A stretch of 64,000 nt of DNA from Utricularia gibba (GCA_002189035.1 NEEC01000016.1:1364001-1428000); one strand, 5' to 3'. Counted from the stretch's first letter, positions 36,674 through 49,975 are shown. Program-made: numbers and translations. Notes: generated from the sequence alone by a model not told the origin.

Positions 36674-38537
36674 TTCTCTTGTCCTGTGACACCATTCTCT
36701 TCATCACTACTTAATATAATGGGCAGCAGAAGAGCATGTTGGATTTGGAATGATGCTAGTCAATGGCGATGGCTCAGATCACTTGGAAATCCCCCACTAG
36801 GGATATAGGGTTTCTAATTTGTTATAAATCTGGGATCCCAAATCGGAATCAACTCTAAAACTATCTTTTGTAATAAATATTATTCAAAGAATGATTATCC
36901 ATCACATTGCTTTTTTTATAAAAAAGTTATAATATTACTAAAATATCTATAATATATATTTACATATTTTGCTGAAATAATAAATATAATATCATACATA
37001 TTATGTTTTACTATGAATAAACACTTAAATAAAAAATTGATTGAATCCCTAATTCACAATATTAAATATCAATATTTATCAAACATGATAAATATATATT
37101 ATTTAATATAAAGAAACCTTTTATATACTATAAGGGTGTATTTAGTAGATTGTTTTTATTATTTAAATATTCATGTATTATTAATAATATATGCTTTGAT
37201 ATATTAATTTAACAATGTACAAATGTTTTACAAAACATTCTAAGTTGATTCTGATTTTCGTTAGACAACTTAATTTTTACATTACTTATTTTAAACATAT
37301 CTATCAAATATGATACTATTTTACATACATATATGTAAAATTTATGCATCAACATACTTTGATCTCAATCACATGATACGTGTTTATCTACATACAAATA
37401 ACTCAAATATATTATTAATTAAACTATCAAATCAAATATATATTAAAATTAACCTTAAATTCACTCTTGAAATCAACCCCAAATCAATTTGAAATTTCCC
37501 TTATCCAATTCGAATTTGGCATCAGCATCCATTTAATATCACAATAAATTCTAAAACTTCCAGCCACCAACCAACAAGCCTGCCTTTTTTTTCAAATTAG
37601 GGTGTTGATTTTCTCAGTTTACTTGGGGATAATGTGGTACTAATCTGTTTAACTATAGAATAAAAAATTGATAACTAAAAAAATCCTAAGAAAAAAGAAA
37701 TCATGGTAGACAAACTTGCGATCATATGGGAGTGCTTGATATTTAGAAGGGATTGGAATGAATTTTGAAACAGTATATTTTGAGTAGTGTAAATTATCAT
37801 TTTTTGCAAGATATTACATCAAAAGTGAATAATGCACGAAAACATAATCAGTTTTCTGGAAAATTTTTAAAAATTATTTTATTTTTCAAAATTATGTTTT
37901 AAAAATAGAAATAATAAATAAAATTAATTAATTCTTTACTTTTTCAAAAATAACTTTTGTAATATAATTTTAAAATTGTTCTAGAATAAAATTATTTTTA
38001 TTTCTAAAAAATAGAAATAGGTTTTAAAATTTTTCCAAAATATTACTATAATTTGTTCTAAGAATGTTTCTTGACTACTAACATGAGTAATGTATAATAT
38101 CCATCATAAATCTAAAATTTTACGTCATTTTACCATAGTTTTATGTTTTGCAAATTTGGATTTGTAAATACATAAATATTTTTAAATTCTAAATATATTG
38201 ATGTGCGAAAATAATTTTAAGTTATTATTTTATTAAATTAATAATATAATTAAAGAAACTATTCGCTTGCGTTATAATTTTCAGGCCTAAGTTAATGAGG
38301 CTACCTTAATGTAAATATTGACCTATGACAAGTCAGCTCGCATACTTCAACTAAGCGTTATCCACCTGTTTTTTTATTAAACTTTTTATTTTTTTACAGA
38401 AAATGCAAATAAATTTAAATTAATTAAAATGATTTTTATTGATTATTTCTGTTTTCGATGGTAACGGGCAATTGGGGGAATTTTCGATTTTACTGACTAA
38501 TTCCAGAGTCGGCGTCCCGGCTTCGAATCAGACGTCC

Positions 38538-39961
38538 ATGGCGGGATCCGATCAGAGTCTGTTTACGCATTTTACTCTTAGAGTGAAAAACATGAACTTC
38601 AATTGTTTGATGCTGTTTTTCATGAAAATGAATTGGCTGTGAGGTTTCGTGAATCGGATGTTCCAGTAGTCTGCAGGGTTGTTCCCGATCGGTTGGTGAG
38701 CGCGGATCAGGGAACCGTGATTCCTCCTGAATCAAAGTACGCTGAGATCATTGTAATTCGCCACGGTGAAACGGATTGGAACCGTGAGAAGAGATTTCAG
38801 GTGTGTAGATAAACTTTTGAAAGGTTATTTCTTTTGTAGATTTAATCGTGTTTTTTTATCTTGGATTGTTAAGGGGAATATGATTTCTATTTGTTTGGCT
38901 GATGATGATGATTTCTTTTTATGGGCACTTGAGCATTTCGTTTGCTGGAGCTGCTATTGTGAAGGAATGAATAAAGAATGATTGCCGCTCAAATGTCTTT
39001 CTGGAAGGCTCTTGGTATACTAAAATCTGCTTGGTTTTTGGTTTGTAATTGTAGGGCCAGCTCGATGTTGAATTAAACCATACTGGCAGGCAGCAAGCTA
39101 TTGCGGTGAATCTTCTTTAGTAATTGTGGTGCTGCAACTCATCTAAGCATCAATATGGTTTTTGATTTTGCATGCATAAGGTTGCTGAGAGGCTTGCAAG
39201 GGAATCTAGAATCTCAGCGGTGTACTCATCTGACTTGAGAAGGGCGTTTGACACTGCTGAAACGATAGCAAGATTTTGTGGGATACTTAATGTATGGATA
39301 GAGGATGCCGCAAGTTCGTTTTTTTAAGTTGAATCTTAGATAGCAGAACCTAAGTTAAAACTCATCCTTACATGCTGTCTCCGCTAACGTTTTTTGGATC
39401 TTTCTAGTGGAGATTTTTATTATATCCATGGTGTATCAGGTAACTAAGGATTCAAATTTTCGGGAAAGGCATATTGGCGATCTTCAGGGTCTTTTCTTTC
39501 GTGAAGCTTCCAAAGTGCATCCGCGGGCCTATAAGGCACTGTTGTCTAAAAGCGATGATAAAGAAATACCAGTATACCCCATTCTCTGTGGCTCTCGATG
39601 CCCTTGATCCATCCTGTTAAACTCACTATATAGTCTCGAATGATGTTTTTGGACAATGCAGGGTGGTGGCGAGAGTTTTAACCAACTCTATGATCGATGT
39701 ACATCCGCACTGAGTAGCATAGCTCAGAAACATATCGGCGACAGAGTTGTTGTGGTTACTCATGGCGCTGCCATGGAAGCACTCCGAAGAAGAGCTTCCC
39801 CTCATGTTCGCCCTGGGTGTAAGATTCTGAATGCATCTGTGAATGTACTTCACATTTGGGAAGATGATGAATGGGGCATAAAATTATGGAATGATGTTAG
39901 TCATTTGGAGCAGGCAGGGTTCTTGGATTCAGGCTTTGGTGGAGGGGGTAATTCGTGCTAG
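38538..39961 (+). CDS. Histidine phosphatase / phosphoglycerate mutase-like protein
   Basis: IRHGETDWN; GQLDVELN; VYSSDLRRAFDTA; FRERHIGDLQG; GGGESFNQL; VVVVTHGA; WNDVSHL. GT-AG introns in consistent phase. The first exon and start codon (ATG 38538) are uncertain. Confidence 0.9.
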
Positions 39962-40660
39962 TTCCAAATGTTGCTAGTTCTTAAGAGGCAAAAGTGAAAG
40001 TGATTGATCTGCTTCTTCTATTTCTCTGCAATAAGGGGATATATTAATGATATATGTTGCTTTTGTTTTTCTTGTTTGTTTTTACTATTTTCTGGGAAAA
40101 AAGTAGTGAATTGCGGATTTGCGATTGGACATCTGTGTAAGAAAAAGAGAAAAAAACTCAGACTATGCTACGCTGATTGCCACGTAGAGTTCAAGGGCAC
40201 TGTACAGGAAGGACCCCCCTCCCCTCCCCCTTGCGATAATTATTTCTCTGAACTCTGCTTTGTGGGGCTTCCTTTTTCTTTTCCCACTAAATTCTTATTT
40301 CATTTGTAGGCTTTTTCTCCTGGTCTTTTGCGAAAGCATCAATCGCCATTTGCTTTTTATTAGCTCCGACGCGGATTCCTGCTCTCCTGGCCCTCCTCTT
40401 TAACTTTCTCTGCTCTCTCGCCTAGGAATTCGATTTTGAAGAGAGAGCCCACTAGGAGCTCTTTTCAATATTGAAGATTTGGGGATTTAGCTGATTTGCC
40501 TGGGTTATTGAGGTGGAAGCAGGAGGGTAGCTGAGCTGAAAGGTTGATTTTGGGAGCCGATTTCGTGTGGCGATGTGCTGATTGATTCGTGGTTGTGTGC
40601 GCCAGAGGCTCCGAAGGAGTAAAGACTGATACTTTTGAGTTATTCCGTGGTGAAACGAAA

Positions 40661-43649
40661 ATGGGTGCTTGTACTTCGAAGCCCAAGGCGAAAGACAGGC
40701 CTTCTCTCGAACCCGTTTCTCGGTCGTCAGGTGAGATAGCAGCGCGATCGCAGGTGGAGGACAGTTCTTTCGTGTTGGAGAATGATGTTAATGGAAGTAA
40801 GATTCCAGGTGATCAAGAGCCGAAGAAGAACAATGGGGAGCATCTTGAATCGTGTAAAAAGTCGCCGTTTTTCCCGTTCTACAGCCCTAGTCCAGCTCAC
40901 TATCTGTTTTCGATGAAATCGCCGGCAAGATCTCCTTTTAGCACGCCGAGGAAAATTTTCAAGTTTCCGCCTCCGTCTCCAGCCAAGCATATAAAGGCGC
41001 TGCTGGCTAGGCGCCACGGATCCGTGAAGCCAAACGAGGCGTCCATACCTGAGGGAAAGGAGGTTAACGAGGGTGCGGGGTTGGATAAAAGCTTTGGGTT
41101 CTCAAAGAAGTTTTACGACAAGTATGATTTGGGAGAGGAAGTTGGGAGGGGGCATTTCGGGTTTACGTGTAGGGCGAAATTCAAGAAGGGGGAGCTTAAG
41201 GGGCAAGAAGTTGCAGTTAAGGTTATTCCAAAAGCGAAGGTATGCACTAATACGCCTCTTTTTCCTGCAGCAACTCCTCGCTTCTCTAACTTGGCTGACT
41301 ATTATCTCTGATCTGTTACTTTTCCTCATCTGACATTCGTCATGATTCTATGATTTACAAGTAGTATTGACTGTAGTTGGTTGATAATTGAACTACCCCG
41401 GTTACCCATAATTAACGAGGAAAAGGTTACCCACTAGTGTTCTCGATACCTCATAGACTGGTTGCCAGGAAGTTACATTGATGTGAAACCCATTAACGTT
41501 AGGCGAGAAGTAACGAGATCCTTCATTCTGATGTAAACTCACTTCTATGTGTTTCTCTTGTCAGATGACGACCGCTATTGCAATTGAAGATGTAAGGAAG
41601 GAGGTGAAAATATTGAGAGCTTTGACTGGACACAGCAATCTTATACAATTCTATGATGCTTATGAAGACCATGACAATGTCTACATCGTGATGGAGTAAG
41701 CTTTGCATTCCAATATTGTAGGACACTTGGAGTTTTCGTATGAGGACCTGGGCTATTCATTTTTTATCTTGCATAAAATGATTCAAAGACTTGCTCTTGA
41801 TGCCTTTTGTTGTTTGTGATATTTCAGGTTATGCATGGGGGGCGAACTTTTAGATAGAATTCTTTCTCGGTAATTGTTTTATGGTGTTTACAGGACCTTA
41901 CTAAATTTGTGCATGCTGATTCTATGAATTAAGTTTAATGACAAGAGACCACTCTATTTGTCTATGTTCCAGCGGAGGGAAGTACATGGAAGATGATGCG
42001 AAGATTGTCATGATACAAATTCTTAATGCCGTTTCATTTTGCCACCTCCAAGGTGTTGTGCACCGTGATCTCAAACCTGAGGTGAGAGTTTGTAGGGAAT
42101 TCTTTCCGTTAGTGGTTTTGGATTGGTGACTGTAAGTTGCATTCTTTGAAGATTTTATGAATTGCTTAAAATTGAACCTTGTGCAAATTTCTTTGATCTA
42201 TCAGAATTTCTTGTTCGCATCCAAGGAAGAGAACTCATTGTTGAAGGCTATAGATTTTGGCTTATCAGATTTCGTTAAACCAGGTTTGTTTTATTGATCA
42301 TTACATAGCTCCAGCCGATGCATGCTTTCTTACAATACATAGTTGCTCGAATTATTTTCAGATGAAAGACTCAATGATATAGTTGGGAGTGCCTATTATG
42401 TAGCTCCAGAGGTTTTGCGTCGAGCATATAGTACAGAGGCTGATGTCTGGAGTATTGGTGTGATTTCATATATACTTCTTTGTGGAAGCCGCCCTTTTTG
42501 GGCTCGAACAGAGTCTGGAATCTTTCGTGCTGTTGTAAAAGCTGAGCCGAGTTACAATGAAGACCCTTGGCCTTCCTTGTCATCTGAGGCAAAGGACTTT
42601 GTGAAGCGACTTCTTAATAAGGATCCAAGGAAACGAATGACTGCAGCACAGGCCATGTGTAAGTGTCTCTATGCAGTGAAAGAGAAGTGACTTTTTACCT
42701 GAAAATCCTTACTCCATTCCTATTGCAGGTCATCCATGGATTAAAGATTCTCATGACATAAAAGTGCCGTTGGACATACTTATTTTTAAGCTTATGAAAG
42801 CTTATATGCGGTCTTCTCCTCTGCGCAAAGCTGCACTAAGGGTACGTCTTTTGTTTTTCTTGTTTCGGTTCATTTTTGCTCTCCCCATTTCTTCCCATCT
42901 TTAACTGCTTCAGTTGGAACCACACAGGCTCTGTCGAAAACTCTCACAGTTGATGAACTCTTCTATTTGAAGCATCAGTTTGCTCATTTGGAGCCAAACA
43001 ACAATGGCACCATAAATTTGGATACTATCAAAGGGGTTCGTTTTTAGCGTACATATTATTTAGATATATGTCATGGCAGGAAACTTGAAACTTGGTAACA
43101 AATTCGTTTTTATCCAGGCCTTGAAGAAGAATGCCACTGATGCAATGAATGAGTCACGCATATTTGATTACCTGAATACAGTAAGTTTCCAGTCCCTGAC
43201 AACAAGTCTTCTGCTGTTTTTAGCATCTCAAGGATGCCAATGTTATTTCTGTTTCACTGCAGCTCAGTGCACTCCAGTACAGAAGGATGGATTTCGAGGA
43301 ATTTTGTGCTGCAGCATCAAGTGTTTATCAGCTTGAGGCTCTTGACAGATGGGAGCAGCACGCTCGCTGCGCCTATGAAATCTTCGAGAAAGAGGGCAAT
43401 CGAACCATCATGATCGAGGAGTTGGCATCCGTATGCATATCCAATCTACACTAAGTTGTTTTCATTCCCAGCGCCAGTTTTCCTTCCTAACACATCTTTC
43501 TTCTTCAGGAGCTCGGACTTGGTCCTTCTCTCCCAGTCCATGCCGTCCTCCATGACTGGATCAGGCACACCGATGGAAAACTCAGCTTCCTCGGATTCAT
43601 CAAGCTGCTACACGGTGTCTCAAGCCGATCTCTAGCTAAAGCTCATTGA
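40661..43649 (+). CDS. CRK: CDPK-related kinase (CRK), 11 exons
   Basis: N-myristoylation/palmitoylation start MGACTSKP; GRGHFG P-loop; VAVKVIPK; HRDLKPE; DFG; [10 protein letters not shown]; degenerate EF-hand C-terminus ([27 protein letters not shown]). All splice phases checked. Confidence 0.96.
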
Positions 43650-44598
43650 TGCCCCCCCAAATGCCACCATACTTCCCGTCCTCCTCTTGTCTGATGGACA
43701 CCGATGAATCCAACACCAGTACAAACTCGAAACAGATGGAAAACTGTGAAGGCAATAGGCTGAAGTACAATGTCCCGCCTGTAATCATCTCAAGTCCAAA
43801 TCTGTCCGGGTGGGGTGGCTTCTGATAGAGAACCGGAGCTTATCCCAGGTTTCCGATGCCGGCCACCGTCGAATGGGTGAGTTAGAGTGTGGATCCTAAA
43901 GAGAAGGACACCATTCTTTTGAGTTCATCGCTGGAATTGGTCCCCTGTATCATTATGTGTACATGTCTAATCCCTCACCTTCTGAATGTCACGAATCACT
44001 GTACTTTTTCTCAATTTGTATCATGAATCTATACAACCGAAGCGGTTATACAGGGCCATACCGAATTAGTATTTGAGAACCCATCTTCCATTCCCACTCT
44101 CCAGTTGTCGCTACGCACTGCACTGTGGATGCTGCCCCTCGTCGCGACGCACTGCTTTTTAACCGGAAATTTCTTCGTTTTTCATTTGGGATGATCAGGC
44201 GTTGGCGTTCTTGGATCGGCGAGCGGCGGAAGGAACTCGATGGAGATAACATGGACAACCCCTGCACCGGCGGCTGAAGGCAACAATGGTGGAAGCTTGG
44301 ATCAGCGCCATTGTTTCCACTGGCCCAGTAAAAAATGGGAATGTGAATGTTTATGGGATGTAGGAGACGGCTTTTTAAAAAATCCCTGGAAAAAAAATGC
44401 GAAACGACGTCGGGCGTTGTCGTTTAATACCAGCGTCAAGCCCGTCGGGGCGTGTGTTCCTGGTTCCTGAAATTGTCGCCCTTTTGCTCTTCTGGCCAAT
44501 TTGGCTGATCTTCTTCTGGAGTGCTTGAACCGAACTAACTGCTCCTGTCTCGCTCTAATTCTGCAGGATCACCATACACTGCCTGATTTCTGAAACAA

Positions 44599-47190
44599 AT
44601 GAACCTGGAAGACGTGCATCAACGTCAGGAAACGCGCCCTGGCGACGACCAGAAGACTGCGCGGGAAGAATTGGAGGAGAAGGAAATGAAAGACACTGTG
44701 ATGCCCGTCATCTCTGAAGATGATGAGGGTAAAGAGAGCCGTTTGCTGCTAGACGCGACTCCTTTCTCTGCTTCCGACTCCCTGTTTGTCCCCGTGAGTT
44801 CTGGGCTTGTGATTTGATGCTAGCGTTATTGTTTATCTTCGAGGTGGAAAGGCATCAGATCTGGGTCTTGGGTTTTAGGTTAAGAGAAAGAGGAAGCTGA
44901 AGGAGGTGGTCGACGAGTTTCCGCCTGTTCCTCGGAGAATGAAGAAAAAACCGTCTGCTTTCAAGCACAGAGTTAGTTCCTTCGCTTCTTTCGAGTGATC
45001 AATATCGTGAGTAACTTCAGTACTGTTTCGCACAGATTTGGTTTACCCAGATCGCGCTCATTTCCTGACGCGATCGCCATGTTTTTGCCTCCTGCTATCA
45101 TTAAACACTTTTCTTCCTCTGCGCTTACTGCCCAGACATTGACTTTGCTTCCTCCAGTTTGTGTACTCGACCAGTAACGAAGTTATTCAGGTCACTGTTG
45201 CATGCATGCCCACCTTCTTAAGCTTTTCGAAAAGCTTAAGAATCCTCTGGCTCGCAGTTTTCTAACAAAATATGGCATGCTATTAAGTTTACATGCAATA
45301 CAAGGACTCGGGTTGCTTCTTTGGCACTTGGCGTTAAGAAGCATGCTACCAAGAAAAAATCTCAAAATCTGACTTTATTAATCACTTGGGTGAATCATTT
45401 TGGTTTAGCTATTAATCTTTTCTTGATCAATAATGTGAGATTTTCAGAACAGGGTACACATGACAGTGGAGGATCACGGATAAGGTTAGTGTTGACAGAT
45501 CAGATAACTGTGAGAACAACTACAGAGAAGTCCTGCAGATTCTTATAATGAGAATTTTCTGATCTTGGACAGTAGAGAGGAAGATGCTTCAATGGGTGGG
45601 TCGAGCGTTTCAAATCAGTTGAAATCAGAAACTGTGATTCGAGCAGAGGAAGTCCAATCAAGCTTAGGCAATGACCAGCCAACATTTATGAAACCATTAG
45701 TTAGATCACATGTTAGCAGTTGTTTCTGGATGGTATGTCATTACCAGTCCTTGACATTTCGTGTTCGCTGCGGTCTTTTGAGATTTTCCCTCCACCACAT
45801 TTATGCAGGGTCTTCCGGTCCCTTTTTGCCGGGTTCATTTGCCCAACAAAGACACCACACTCATTCTTGAAAGTGAAAGCAATTGCTGGATGGAGGAAAT
45901 TTGCACATAAGACAGGTCTAAGTGCTGGATGGAGGAAATTTGTTGCTGGAAACAAATTGCTGGAAGGGGATGTTCTAATCTTCCAGTTGACTAACCCTTG
46001 CAAGCTTAAGGTGATGATTCAATGCTCCCCTTTTCATGATTGAAGTCATCTTCTCTTTATCTTCCATGCTCACTATAAGAACAGAAAAGTGTTTCAGACC
46101 AGATTTTGCTTAATTGTGCCGTCACTCCCAAGTTAGTCTTATCTTCTTGATTGTGAGAAGATGGGACTAAATTTCCTCTTCATATTGCCTGTGTTGTTTT
46201 GCTCATGTACAGTACAAGATTTCCTCACTCGCTGTGGCTCATATCTAGGTGTACATAATAAGAGCAAATGATTTGAATGAAGTCGATGGCGCCCTTAGCC
46301 TTCTAAATTTGGATTCTCGTATAAAGCAAGATGAAGCTGGTTAGTTCTCTGGGTCAACTTCTCAATTCCTTGACGAGAATACATCAAGTGCAGTCTCCTG
46401 AATATTCATCTTTCTTTCTGGTACATGTTACACCTGAAACCATGGTACAGAAGCCAGCCTTGATGCAGTTAATGAGAAGAGGAAGCATAAGAAAACTCTT
46501 ACCTTGACAGTGGAGCAAAAAGTTCATCAAGAAGGCTCAGGTTTGCCCCAAGTCTTGCATCCAGATGAACATCCAGGATGTGACAGATATGAGGTTGCTT
46601 GCGAAGTTCCAGACTCCAACAAAGTCTCTGGATCATCCGGCAACTTGAAGGCTATAAAAAGCTTCGAGGACTTCCACATTGTGGTGAACGGAGTATGCAT
46701 AGACTCCGATCTCCCCGAGCACATTCGTGAGCATTACTACGATCTGTGCTGCAGTGCGAATGCACTTCTTCATGACGGCCTTCTTCCTGGACTGTACGGG
46801 AAGCTAGCTTCTAGTATGATTGTTGAGACTGTCAATATCGCCGACTCCATACGTCGGTGTACGCTGACCACCCCAAGGAAGGATTTTGAGTTGTGGGAGA
46901 AATCTCTGAGGTCATTCGAACTCCTGGGGCTCAAAGTTGGCTTCATACAAGCTCGCCTGCATCAACTAGTAGAACTGGCATTCGAATCAGAAGGCGCCTC
47001 CGATGCTAGATACTACTTGGAAGCTCAGAGAGGGCATCTCCGTGTTGCAGATGAAATCCGCAATCTTGAAGAAAAACTTGCTGCATTGAAAGAACTGTCT
47101 CTTGAATATGAGCGAGATTTAGAGAGCTCAAAGTCAAAGGCGGAGAGTTTCACACTGAGGTTCAAAGAACTGGTGAACGCTCCATGGTGA
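44599..47190 (+). pseudogene. B3 domain (REM-like, Os01g0234100-type) gene, frameshifted inside the B3 exon
   Basis: RAEEVQSSL...FMKPLVRSHVSSCFWM|GLP; KTGLSAGWRKF...LLEGDVLIFQL; VYIIRAN...EVDGALSLL; C-terminal domain with YYDLCCS...LLHDGLL...ETVNIAD. The frame breaks at about 45881-45903, with TAA at 45908-45910. Start codon uncertain. Confidence 0.75.
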
Positions 47191-47320
47191 GCTTTATTCA
47201 ATACAGAGCATATTTTCACATGTTTTCACTGAGTTGGTATGAAACATAGTAATTCAACTGTTGGACTATCTTTGTCGTTTGTGGGGAGATCATTAGTCTT
47301 CTGTGTAGCCAGATGACATT

Positions 47321-47347
47321 CCCCCGCCCCCCCCCCCCCCCCCCCCC
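47321..47347. repeat. C5-G-C21 homopolymer tract (G-tract on the minus strand)
   Basis: Read directly; lies between the convergent B3 and RCCR stop codons. Confidence 0.9.
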
Positions 47348-47574
47348 ACTCTACATGCCCGGAATAGCCGGAGGCCTCACCTGCCGGCTTAAAACCAGTG
47401 GGCTATCGGACCTGGTATTTGATCTTGCCATTGAAAAAAAAAAAAAAAGGCTTGGAGTTTGGTTGTTGTGGAGTCATATTCACATCTTGAATGCACATAA
47501 TGCTTTCCTTGTATGCTCCAAATACAAGTTATTTCACAGGAAGTCGCCAGACAGTATAAGCAACGATCGGATGC

Positions 47575-48715
47575 CTAACCGTAGTAGTACTTCTTCAAGG
47601 CCTCTATGGCTCTATTCGCCACTTCTTGTCCAAACATCCTTGGCAAGCTCGAACCAAGCTCCACATCGACGGTGTTTTTCCTAAGAACCCGATCCCTTTC
47701 TTGTAATGATACCCTTTCGGCCTCATCAGCATGTCCATCCGGACAGGCACAGGTTTCCACCCAAATTTGCAGCACCTCTTCGGCAATAGGTTCAAGGTGT
47801 GCCCCAATGATCTCCTCCATATTTCCTGCATCCCCAGCTCCAGCATCAATGCTGACAGCAATTGCTGTGGGAGAGATGAGGGCTCGGAAATACAGATAGG
47901 GAGAAATGTACGGCTTTACACCAGGAAGAGTCTGAAGTCGTTGCCTGTACTTATCCAAGTTCGTTTCTTCATAGTAACTCTTGAGGTAACCAGGGGATGA
48001 AACGAGATCTTTCCTGGGGGTCAGATCGAGAATGAACACCAGAGAAGTTGGGGTGCCCTGAATGAGCTCCACCACAAAATGAGGTGCATTTGTTGAGGGC
48101 TTCAAGTAGGCCGAGAGGGAGATAATGTTGAGTGCTCCATCAGATGGAAGTTTGCAGTGAATCCAGCTTTCCAGAATGAAATCAATCTGAAATCAGTAGT
48201 ATAATACCACAAGAAAGAAAGATCTGAGCTTTGCGTTCCCTGATTCAAGCCCCCACAACCAAACCCACTCTAAAATTCATGTGGATTCCACTTTGCAAGC
48301 AACAAAGGCACAAACTTAGGTTACACAAAACTTGCCCACCATTGCAAACACTGAAACAATCATTTTCCCCCAAATTAGAGAACTAGAAGGTTAAGAGGAC
48401 CTGGGAAGTGGGAGTTCCAGGTCTGAGTTGAAGGGAAGCGGAGGCAGGGCCAGCAGTGAAGTGTTGCACGTCATCGGGAAGAGTACAACCCAGAAGCGAT
48501 GACCCGAGCCGGTCATCCACCGACGAAATCAACCCCAGCATCATGTTTCTCTGTGCGGCGGACGCATAGGGAAACTCCAGGAACTTAGCTCTTAGCTCAC
48601 CTCCGCCGGAACCCATGGACGCCACCACCCCGGAAACCGAAGTAGATCGCCGGAGGGGAAGGCGTTGAGAAGAAGATAAGAGGGCGAATGTGGGAGAAAC
48701 TCCGATGGCCACCAT
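47575..48715 (-). CDS. RCCR: Red chlorophyll catabolite reductase (ACD2), two exons
   Basis: Ser/Arg-rich transit peptide; FLEFPYASAAQRNMM; intron 48400-48187; IDFILESWIHCKLP; APHFVVELIQ; LDLTPRKDLV; LPRMFG. Confidence 0.94.
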
Positions 48716-49759
48716 TCTCCAATTTCGAGCTGAGCTGCGTAGTGGGGGCCACTCCGCCACCAATAGAAATACAGCAATAATCCTCATAAAAGCAGTAACC
48801 GTAAAACCAGATGAGTGTGAAAGAGGTGAAGGCGGGGCGGGGGGGACACATCAGGTGGTGGGCACGCGTCCACCGGCGGCAATCACACGGTGGTTGTCGA
48901 CTCTGGCTGGTATCGCCGACAACCCATTCATTCCATTTAATGCTTCATGCTTCCTTCGAAATCAAGTTTTCATTTAAAAAGGCGCACGCATGATGACAAG
49001 ACTTTGGCGCACCCTGAAGCAGCAGCAAGTGGATTCATGAACTTACCAGGTCCAGATATCACCATGCTCCTCTCCATCTCGCCGTCTTTCCTGTCAACTT
49101 CCCATGGACTCCACTCCCGGTATCTGGATGCCCACGCGGGTGCTTCTTTGTTTACATCTACAAGATAATAAATGTATTTTTTTCTTCATGAACATGGTAG
49201 AGAAAACACTTGCTCCATCTATGGACACTTGGTATTCCAACTGCAATCCACTCTCATCACGCAACTTGAATGAGGAGGTTGCATTAAGTGAAAGGCGGGG
49301 GAGCAGGGGAGCATGGGTGGCGCATGGCTCCGGCCCCCGGCGACCAGCCCCACCCATCGGAAACCCTACGCCGCCCAGTCGCATCACATTCTTCATTAAA
49401 TGTGTGACAGCAGCGATCCAACACCACATATCTTGCAATTTCTAACCCATCATTCATTGCATTGCACGGAGATGCTGCGCCCGTCTCGTCTCGTCTCGTC
49501 TCCTCCTCTTCACCAAACGTGCAACCTCCGGTGTTACGGGTTCCGGGAAAAGAAATTTCAGCAATGCATCGTACGGAGTCGTTTCCTAATAATCATCACA
49601 TGATTAAAATTCAAAATATGTAAAGATTTAATTTCTCTAAAATCAATTGAATGAAGTAATGAAACACAAAAAATCAATGAAATATGCGATAATAATAATA
49701 AAAAGGCCGACATGAAAAAATAAATAAATTCATCCTTGTAAACCAGAATTTTATTTAAC

Positions 49760-49975
49760 AAACATGATTATAGGAGTTTTACGCATTAAAAAACGAGTCT
49801 ACCGAATATACATTATTTATTCACAATACATTCATACGTACGCTAGCAATGTGAATAGGAGTAGCAAACATGATTATAGGAGTTTTACGTATTAAAAAAC
49901 GCGTCTACCAAACATACATTATTTGTTCCCACTACATACATACGTGCGTTAGGAATGTGAATACGACTAGCAAAC
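49760..49975. repeat. Two-copy ~106 bp tandem duplication
   Basis: aaacatgattataggagttttacg...aatgtgaata.ga.tagc starts at 49760 and again at 49866, with scattered substitutions. Confidence 0.9.

Noticed and set aside
949-39961. Biosynthetic gene cluster built from CYP76B, the oxidase-like SKS, patatin and the phosphatase
   Set aside because: No terpene synthase, reductase, iridoid synthase or transferase in the window. The neighbours belong to unrelated, apparently ancient syntenic families.
49760-49975. CRISPR-like or satellite array
   Set aside because: Only two adjacent copies with no spacers, in plant nuclear context.
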